IMG/VR virus record: IMGVR_UViG_3300010373_000055
Coordinates: 1 to 56,732 of that record
Source of the DNA: a virus
Lineage: Duplodnaviria > Caudoviricetes
DNA length: 56,732 nt
Strand: one strand, 5' to 3'
Under the pieces are notes generated by a model that saw nothing but the letters and a program-made list of their open reading frames with translations, was not told where the DNA came from and did no database searches. Positions within the stretch are counted from its first letter, which is position 1. Each line of letters opens with the position of its first letter. Position numbers and translations under genes: made by a program. Below are positions 49,951 through 56,732 of the stretch, piece after piece.

Positions 49951-50471
49951 TAAGTAAGAAAGAAGCCGCAGAAGGCGACCCTATGAAAAAAGCTGTAGCG
50001 CAGGCTTGGAAGGACCACATGACGCAGCGCGACAAACACGCAGAGGATTCGATGGAGGGCGCTGTAGGTCCTGAGCGGCGCACGCTACAGGGCACGCGCA
50101 GCGGTCCGACAGTCAAGCTAGAGGTCGGCGGCGTAGAGGGTTACATCACAGCGAACGGCTTCGAGGACGGACATTTGGGGGAGGTTTTCTATCATGGATT
50201 TGGAAAGGAGGGCAGCACGCTAGAGGGGTGGACGCAGGGATTCGCAATGATGACGAGCATTGCTTTACAGTATGGGGCGAAACTCGACATGCTGGCGCGT
50301 AAGTGTGCTCACATGCGCTTCGAGCCTAACGGAGAAACTAACGATCCAGACATCCCGTGGTGTGCAAGCGTAATTGATTACACGATGCGCTGGCTAGCCA
50401 AGCACTATGGTGATGCAAAACTCAACGCCGAACTAGACGAGATAACCCGCAAAATGAGGAAACCGCTATGA
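49947..50471 (+). CDS. stand-alone TSCPD-like domain (class II RNR C-terminal domain)
   Basis: GYITANGFEDGHLGEVF...KEGSTL...SIALQYG...MRFEPNG...SVIDY..RWL. Confidence 0.78.
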   Translation: MISKKEAAEGDPMKKAVAQAWKDHMTQRDKHAEDSMEGAVGPERRTLQGTRSGPTVKLEVGGVEGYITANGFEDGHLGEVFYHGFGKEGSTLEGWTQGFAMMTSIALQYGAKLDMLARKCAHMRFEPNGETNDPDIPWCASVIDYTMRWLAKHYGDAKLNAELDEITRKMRKPL

Positions 50472-50884
50472 AGATATACGTGGGAGGCGCGATAGATGAC
50501 ACGTCTATCGAGCGCGTGCGGCAGGTGCAGGCGCACGTAGCGCGTTGTGGACATAAGATAACGTTCGATTGGACCACACATAAGATCGACCCACACGCTT
50601 CGGAGACTTGGCGCAAGCAGGAGCTAGCGCACATGGAGCTTGCAGGCGTAGAGCGAGCAGATATTTTGATTGCATTGTATCCTGACGGTCGTGGTTTGTC
50701 GATGGAGATAGGTTACAAGATGGGCAAGATGCTAAGTAACGAACAGCTACCTAATGGTAAGCCGCCAATATGGGTTGTCGATCCGAAGCGACCTGCCTTG
50801 TTTTATTCCCTACATTGCATCAAGGTTGTCGATTGGGATGACCTGGCTAAAGAGATAGAGAATCTTCCAGACTTGGAACGATAA
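50468..50884 (+). CDS. nucleoside 2-deoxyribosyltransferase-like protein
   Basis: KIYVGG, ITFDWT, ELAGVERADILI, GLSMEIG. Confidence 0.75.
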   Translation: MKIYVGGAIDDTSIERVRQVQAHVARCGHKITFDWTTHKIDPHASETWRKQELAHMELAGVERADILIALYPDGRGLSMEIGYKMGKMLSNEQLPNGKPPIWVVDPKRPALFYSLHCIKVVDWDDLAKEIENLPDLER

Positions 50885-51165
50885 TGGCAGTCTACGTTGA
50901 CAACGCAGAAATCCCTTTTAGCAACATGACGATGAGTCATTTAGAGGCTGATAAATTACCGGAGCTTCATCATTTCGCCGCACGTTTAGGATTGCGAAGA
51001 AGTTGGTTTCAGAATAAGTCTGTACCACACTATGATGTAAGTCGTGCTAAGCGCTTGCAGGCAATAAAGATGGGAGCAATTGCTGAGGATTGTTATAGCT
51101 TTAGAGATAATAAAGTGCGAGACGAACGTCACGAACGTTGGCGCAAAATAGGTAAAGGCAAGTAA
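50884..51165 (+). CDS. DUF4031-family protein
   Basis: MAVYVD...SHL.AD...ELHHFAARLGLRRSWFQ...HYDV. Confidence 0.82.
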   Translation: MAVYVDNAEIPFSNMTMSHLEADKLPELHHFAARLGLRRSWFQNKSVPHYDVSRAKRLQAIKMGAIAEDCYSFRDNKVRDERHERWRKIGKGK

Positions 51166-54100
51166 TGGGCGATAAGGTAGACCTAACTAAGAGCGCTGCC
51201 TTTGCAGGGCGGCAGAAGTCAGAGTGTTCACACGAACATCAGACGGTAACTGTGCGAGCGCAGCGGCGCCAGAGAGCGGCGGCAAGGGCGCACGTAGGGC
51301 TAAAGCCGATGCGCTTTGTGTCCCTCCACCACCACTCGACTCTAGGCTCTTATATGGACGGATATCAGCTACCGGAGGCGCACGTTAGGAGGGCCACCGA
51401 GATAAACATGAGTGGGTTGGCGATGACCGAGCACGGCAACATCGACAGTCACGTCAAGTTCGAGGCAGCGGCAGAAAAGCACAACATCAAGGCGATCTTC
51501 GGATGTGAGTTCTACACAGGGAGGGTTGGAGAACATGCGACGCAGAGTAAGTATCACCTTACCGTATTGGCCGCAACACAGGAAGGGTATCGAAATCTAC
51601 TTCAGCTCGTCACCAAGTCTTTCTCTGAGGGTTTTCATTATCACGCTACCATTTCCGGTGAGATGCTCTATCGTCACCGAAAAGGGCTCATTATACTAAG
51701 TGGTTGTCAGGGAAGTTTATTGCATTGCTCAGCAGTTGGTGGTAAGATGATAAAGGAAGAGGATGCGAGTTATGAGCGGGCGCGTAAAGTCGCTGAATGG
51801 TTCAAGCGAAAGTTTGAGGGCAGTTACTACATTGAGGTTCAGGGATTTCCCGAGCTTTCCGCCACCAAACGATTCGCTCCCATGGCAGAGCGTCTATCGA
51901 ACGAGTTACACATTCCGCTGGTGGGGAGTATGGATTGTCACTACACCGCTCCAGAGGAGGTTGAGCTTCAGCAGGTCCTCCACAATGTCAGGCCGGGTGA
52001 GAAGAAGACTTTGGAGGAGCAGATTAGGTCTTGGGGTTATACAGTACCTCTGTGCCCACCACCCACGGATCGCGCGCTATTTAGGCGATTGGTTGACACG
52101 GGACTTAGTAAAAGAGCCGCCAGCGAGGCCATCATAAATACAGAGGTTATCGCGCAGCAGTGCAACGTTACTCTGCCAAAGTTGCCAATGGTCGAGTTTC
52201 CGCTACCTGTTGGATTCGATACTGCGATCAAATTTTGGCGCCATCTAATAAAGGAGGGGTGGAGGTATCGAGGCTTCAATAAGTTACCAAGAAATGAGAG
52301 AGAGAGATATCGTGCGCGTCTGCTCTATGAGATGGAGATCATTGAGAAAAAGGGATTCGTCGGTTACTTGCTCATCGTTGCCGACTCAATTGTATACGCT
52401 AAGGAAAATGAAATACCATGTCACTGCCGAGGTAGTGCAGCCGGGAGCTTAGTTACTTACTGCCTGCGCATCACTGAGGTAAACCCGATGCTATTCCCCA
52501 ATCTAGTGTTCGAGAGGTTCATAGATGTCAGCCGTGCTGATTTACCTGATATTGATGTTGACTTTGATAGTGACCGCCGTCACCTTGTGCGCGAGTACAT
52601 GGTTGGTAAGTATGGCGAGCGTTGCGTTAGCAATATCGGGACCTTCACTTACTATAAGTCTCGCCTTGCTCTTGATGATGTGGGAAGAGTATTTCAGATT
52701 CCAAAATTTGAAATCGAGATTGTCAAGGCTCGACTAATTGAGCGCTCGTCAGGTGACATCCGTGCGAGCGCTACGATTGAAGATACCGCCGAACAGTTCG
52801 AGGACGCGCGAGCAGTGTTCGAGAAGCACCCCGATCTATACAAGGCAATGGATCTAGAGGGTAACGTCAAGGGGTTCGGAGTACATGCGGCAGGTCTGGT
52901 AATTAGTAACAGGCCAATTGAAGAGATGTGCGCGGTATATTCGCGCATTGTCAACAAGCAGCTTATCTCCTGCGTCAGCATGGATAAGTACGATGCCGAG
53001 CGACAGGGCTTGCTAAAGCTCGACTATCTAGGGCTGAAGACGCTAGCGATGATCGCTGAGAGTCTAAGGCAGATCGGCAAGCCGCTGACTTTTCTCTACA
53101 ATTTACTATTAGATATGGAGGAGGTTTTAGATGGGTTCCGTGAGAATGATGTTACAGGTGTATTCCAGTTCGACGGTCTTGCCATGCGGTCGGTTTGTGG
53201 AGCACTCAAACCCGATAGCTTCAAGGAGATATGCGACGTCAATGCACTCTCCCGACCAGGCCCCCTTCACAATGGAGCCGCAGATGAGTATATCGAGATC
53301 AAGCGTGGCTCGAAGAAGCCGGAGCTTATTCACCCTGCTTTGGACTCCATCACGGCCGACACTCACCACCAGATCGTATATCAGGAGCAGATTTTGCGAG
53401 TCGTCACCGAGGTCGGTAATTTTGACTGGACACATGCTAGCTATATACGCCGAATTATTTCCAAGAGCCTTGGAGTAGAAGAGTTCAACAGGCAGTGGGC
53501 TAGGTTTTGGGAGGGCGCTAAGGAATACCACAAACGTAACGGTGGTGAGCCGATCAACAAGGAAATCGCTAAATTGATTTGGTCTCTGTGCATAACGTCC
53601 GGCACCTACGCCTTCAACGCTGCCCATTGTGTTAGCTACGGCATGTTAGCTTATTGGACAATGTGGATAAAGCGTCTCTACCCAATTATCTTCTATGCCG
53701 CCAGTCTTCAGAAGATGTCCGACAAAAAACCGAAGGGACAGAAAGATGCCAGCATCAAGATGGGTCGCCACGCCATACTGCTACGCGATGCTGCGGCAGG
53801 CCGGGGAAAACGCGCACCAATACGAATCCTGCCGCCCCATCCGACTAGAAGCGGGGTGGATTGGAGAGCTACAAACTCCGGGCTTCAGAGCGGTTGGCGA
53901 CAGGGAGGAGCAGCAGCAGTCGGAGCACGCGCTATCGAGTACCGCGAAAGCAATGGTGTAGTAAAAGACTGGAAAACCTATTTGGCAGTGCCCGGTATTG
54001 GTCCGAAGACAGTAGCCAAGATGGAAGAACTAGAGAAAATGGATGACCCATTTGAGGTCCTGAAGCTAAGCAAAATGATCGCAGAGGTAAAGCGTAACCT

Positions 54101-54485
54101 TACTCGGTGGGGCATCCCGCAGGCAACGCACACAAGCATGGAGGTTCCTCACGCACGCGGTAGCGACACACGGGTGGTGTGGGTTGGCATTGCAATCACA
54201 CGCAATCTGCGCGACATCTACGAGCACAACCGCGCGCACGGCGGCGATGAGCTAAAACGCGATGAGATAAAACATCCAGAGCTAAACGAGCTAATGATAA
54301 TGAGGGCTACCGATGGTGAAGAGCAGATTGCAGTTCGCATCGACAGGTTCAAGTATCCACATTTCCGCGAGGCCCTGTGGGGCTTACGACTAGGGCACGA
54401 TGCTATAGTTGTCGAGGGGATAAAGCCGGGGTGGCGCACGTCCCGTGAAATATACATAAAAAACATGTGGGTAGTTTCACCATGA
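51165..54485 (+). CDS. dnaE: DNA polymerase III alpha subunit (DnaE-like)
   Basis: SLHHHS PHP domain, RGSAAGS, FERF, PDIDVDF, GVHAAG, KLDYLGL, IVYQEQI, YAFNAAH. Confidence 0.95.
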   Translation: MGDKVDLTKSAAFAGRQKSECSHEHQTVTVRAQRRQRAAARAHVGLKPMRFVSLHHHSTLGSYMDGYQLPEAHVRRATEINMSGLAMTEHGNIDSHVKFEAAAEKHNIKAIFGCEFYTGRVGEHATQSKYHLTVLAATQEGYRNLLQLVTKSFSEGFHYHATISGEMLYRHRKGLIILSGCQGSLLHCSAVGGKMIKEEDASYERARKVAEWFKRKFEGSYYIEVQGFPELSATKRFAPMAERLSNELHIPLVGSMDCHYTAPEEVELQQVLHNVRPGEKKTLEEQIRSWGYTVPLCPPPTDRALFRRLVDTGLSKRAASEAIINTEVIAQQCNVTLPKLPMVEFPLPVGFDTAIKFWRHLIKEGWRYRGFNKLPRNERERYRARLLYEMEIIEKKGFVGYLLIVADSIVYAKENEIPCHCRGSAAGSLVTYCLRITEVNPMLFPNLVFERFIDVSRADLPDIDVDFDSDRRHLVREYMVGKYGERCVSNIGTFTYYKSRLALDDVGRVFQIPKFEIEIVKARLIERSSGDIRASATIEDTAEQFEDARAVFEKHPDLYKAMDLEGNVKGFGVHAAGLVISNRPIEEMCAVYSRIVNKQLISCVSMDKYDAERQGLLKLDYLGLKTLAMIAESLRQIGKPLTFLYNLLLDMEEVLDGFRENDVTGVFQFDGLAMRSVCGALKPDSFKEICDVNALSRPGPLHNGAADEYIEIKRGSKKPELIHPALDSITADTHHQIVYQEQILRVVTEVGNFDWTHASYIRRIISKSLGVEEFNRQWARFWEGAKEYHKRNGGEPINKEIAKLIWSLCITSGTYAFNAAHCVSYGMLAYWTMWIKRLYPIIFYAASLQKMSDKKPKGQKDASIKMGRHAILLRDAAAGRGKRAPIRILPPHPTRSGVDWRATNSGLQSGWRQGGAAAVGARAIEYRESNGVVKDWKTYLAVPGIGPKTVAKMEELEKMDDPFEVLKLSKMIAEVKRNLTRWGIPQATHTSMEVPHARGSDTRVVWVGIAITRNLRDIYEHNRAHGGDELKRDEIKHPELNELMIMRATDGEEQIAVRIDRFKYPHFREALWGLRLGHDAIVVEGIKPGWRTSREIYIKNMWVVSP

Positions 54486-54601
54486 CGCAGTACAACCGCA
54501 ATACTTCTTTTGCCCAAAATGCAAAGGATCATATACTGTACGCAATAATGGTAGACGCTATTGTATGACCTGCGAAAATAAAGAACGAATTAGGAGGCGC
54601 A

Positions 54602-55495
54602 ATGAAAGAAGAGATAGCAAACTGGGCCGATAAGGCGATGTATGATGCGGCGCCAATGCAGAGCATAGAACCACAGGTGCACCTTTTGAGCGCGACTCCT
54701 GACCCGCTAGGAGCCATTGCGGCGGCGTGCAGGATGTATGAAGGCAAGCCCACATATGCCCTAAAGGACATCACGGACGAAGAACGCGAAGCTGCCTGGC
54801 AGCAGGTAAACGAGACACACCTAAAGGCACCGCTAGAGTTCGTGGACCTTCATTTCTTTATCGAGGGCGTCACGCGCAGTAATACTCACCAGATGGTGCG
54901 TCAGAGGACCGCAGTCTATGCGCAGGAGTCCCTACGCTTCGCGGTCAAGGGCGAAATGTCGAAGGAGGTAGCGCTCCCACCGTCCCTACAGGGCGGGGAC
55001 AAGAAACGTGCTAGGGATATGTGGTTGCTTACAACCGAGAACTTAGAGGAGGTTTACAACGCTCTGATCGGTGAAGGTGTTCCCGCCGAGGATGCGCGGG
55101 GTCTACTACCGCACGCCATCACCACACGTCTCAATTACAAGACCAACCTCCGCAATCTACTAGAGCACGCGGGCAATCGCCTGTGCACTCAGGCACAGTA
55201 CGAGTGGCGGGCAGTGTTCGCAGGCATCGTCAAGGCCATCCACGACTACTCGCCACCACAGTACGAACCGCGCAGCGTGCACGCACCGATAGTACAGAAA
55301 TGGAATAAATGGCAGTTTGAGCTAATTGCAGGATCAGGAGTTTTCAAGCCTGTGTGTTTTCAGCTAGGCCACTGCCCATTCAACGCCAAATTTGATCGTG
55401 GTTGCACTATCCGTAAACGTGTTGAAGAAGGTAGGTTCGATCAGATCAATTATGAAGAGTGGATGTACTACCCGACAGCGGGCCGAGTTCTGTAA
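54602..55495 (+). CDS. thyX: ThyX-like flavin-dependent thymidylate synthase homolog
   Basis: APLEF, GVTRS..HQMVRQR..YAQESLRF, EDARGLLP, RLCTQAQYEW. Confidence 0.82.
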   Translation: MKEEIANWADKAMYDAAPMQSIEPQVHLLSATPDPLGAIAAACRMYEGKPTYALKDITDEEREAAWQQVNETHLKAPLEFVDLHFFIEGVTRSNTHQMVRQRTAVYAQESLRFAVKGEMSKEVALPPSLQGGDKKRARDMWLLTTENLEEVYNALIGEGVPAEDARGLLPHAITTRLNYKTNLRNLLEHAGNRLCTQAQYEWRAVFAGIVKAIHDYSPPQYEPRSVHAPIVQKWNKWQFELIAGSGVFKPVCFQLGHCPFNAKFDRGCTIRKRVEEGRFDQINYEEWMYYPTAGRVL

Positions 55496-55508
55496 TCAAT
55501 CTAGGAGT

Positions 55509-56174
55509 GTGAGAGGTATCAAGCCATGGAAACCGTATATATTGCTCTCGCTATTTGGGCTCTGTTTATTCTTGCTTTCTGCTTCGGCATCTGCTTGGCA
55601 GGTCGCAGGAGCAAGCGTCTACGGAGGAAAATGTGAGTATGGATCGACAGGCTATCGAGGAGACAATCTCAATTCTGTGCCCTGGTCCTTTGCCGAGTTG
55701 GACATGGGTACAGCTATGGGGAACTTACGTTACGATGAGGGCATTTTACTACGAGACAAAAGCACGCACAGGATGGCCGTGGTTCGCAAGCGAGATATCG
55801 GAGGAGGCGGCGATGCAGTAAATGGAGTTCCACGTAGGATCGACTTATGGATGCCAGTAGCAGAATATTTATCAAACGCAAGTTGCACATGGACAGGAGT
55901 TGTGGAATGGCGAAGGTTGTCAGGAAAAAAGCGCAGGCCAGACGGTCCAGTACGAAAGCGACGCGCACACCACAGGATGAAGCCAACGCGAGTACAAGCA
56001 AAAGCGATAATGATCGGTTTGGGGCAGAAGTTAGGAGCGTTGCAGATAACTTCGCCATCATTGGCAAGCGACTACGCGAGTCCGGCGACGACGAAGGCGA
56101 GCGGTTTGTCAACGCCTTTGGTGGTCTCCTTATGGGATGTTGGCTTGAGCTTCACAGGATTGCTGATGCGCTAG
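55509..56174 (+). CDS. secreted RlpA-like double-psi beta-barrel protein (both ends uncertain)
   Basis: Signal peptide ending SASASA; ASVYG, KRDIG, RRIDLW. Confidence 0.6.
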   Translation: MRGIKPWKPYILLSLFGLCLFLLSASASAWQVAGASVYGGKCEYGSTGYRGDNLNSVPWSFAELDMGTAMGNLRYDEGILLRDKSTHRMAVVRKRDIGGGGDAVNGVPRRIDLWMPVAEYLSNASCTWTGVVEWRRLSGKKRRPDGPVRKRRAHHRMKPTRVQAKAIMIGLGQKLGALQITSPSLASDYASPATTKASGLSTPLVVSLWDVGLSFTGLLMR

Positions 56175-56269
56175 ATCATAAAGCAGCGCTCGACTTTATC
56201 CGCGAATACGAAGGTAAATCTGGACCAATCCAGTTTATGGGTTCGAGTAAAGAATCGGCAAGCAAATGA
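55907..56269 (+). CDS. hypothetical protein
   Basis: AGGAG RBS; ELHRIADALD. Confidence 0.55.
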   Translation: MAKVVRKKAQARRSSTKATRTPQDEANASTSKSDNDRFGAEVRSVADNFAIIGKRLRESGDDEGERFVNAFGGLLMGCWLELHRIADALDHKAALDFIREYEGKSGPIQFMGSSKESASK

Positions 56270-56354
56270 AAATCTGCTGGGTATGTAAAGGTCTTGGGCA
56301 TTTATGTATCTGGCAGAATAATGGGCATGGGCAACAGGAACAAGTAAAGCGCCC

Positions 56355-56630
56355 ATGCCAAGACTGCCACGGATTAGGGGTGACGCCAAAGTGAGACGAC
56401 GCAAGCAGGGCCGGTTACGCAAGCTCAACTATTTAGATCGACAGCGCAAGAAAGCGCGCAACGAACGGCGCGGACGCATTAGCAAAGTAGTCGCGTGGGA
56501 GAAGAGTCACGTACATAAAATGTTCAAACCGTGGACTGACACGGACGTGACAAAGAGCAAAAAGAAAATCGCAGTTGATTCGTTAGTTGATGCTTTGAAA
56601 ACACTTGGTGATGCGAAAGGGAGGGAGTGA
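56355..56630 (+). CDS. highly basic hypothetical protein
   Basis: Arg/Lys-rich 91 aa; followed by a partial ORF running off the window. Confidence 0.55.
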   Translation: MPRLPRIRGDAKVRRRKQGRLRKLNYLDRQRKKARNERRGRISKVVAWEKSHVHKMFKPWTDTDVTKSKKKIAVDSLVDALKTLGDAKGRE

Positions 56631-56732
56631 TGGAAGAGGGAGAGCAGATTGGTCCCGGCCTCAAATACCAGGGAGACTTGGATGACGGCAAAGTTTCTCC
56701 GTTCGCTCGCGTACAGACACCGGAGGAAACCG

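Noticed and set aside
1-56732. Minus-strand ORFs such as 758-1588, 14987-15835 and 29544-30296
   Set aside because: Antisense shadows of well-supported + strand genes, with no recognisable motifs
1-56732. tRNA genes, integrase, inteins or introns
   Set aside because: None recognised by eye; the large genes have ordinary lengths. A tRNAscan or ARAGORN run is still needed, and the genome may extend beyond the window

Overview
The window is most or all of a tailed dsDNA bacteriophage genome, with essentially every credible gene on the + strand. The contractile tail (sheath, tube, gp25, baseplate J) makes it a myovirus. The gene content (DnaE, ThyX-like, RuvC-like, DUF2786, leaderless promoters) suggests an actinobacterial host, which is inference. 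No integrase or tRNA was seen. Gene order: small genes, RuvC-like and TerS-like genes (0-6.6 kb); terminase and lysis genes (6.6-12 kb); Mu-like head (12-19 kb); tail, baseplate and fibres (19-32.3 kb); a probable early/host-takeover region with a repeated promoter element (32.3-38 kb); replication and nucleotide metabolism (38-55.5 kb). Several essential genes carry single in-frame stops or 1-2 nt indels that look like read or assembly errors. Strongest observations: (1) near-total avoidance of the Gln codon CAA in late and replication genes, with CAA concentrated in the presumed earliest genes; (2) a FAD-oxidoreductase/HAD/MazG-like/deoxyribosyltransferase/ThyX-variant cluster around DnaE, suggesting a modified-nucleotide pathway; (3) a 50-bp promoter module with 11-bp direct repeats upstream of a pair of paralogous double-HTH genes; (4) three intergenic candidate structured RNAs. 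All family calls come from motifs recognised by eye, not from database searches.
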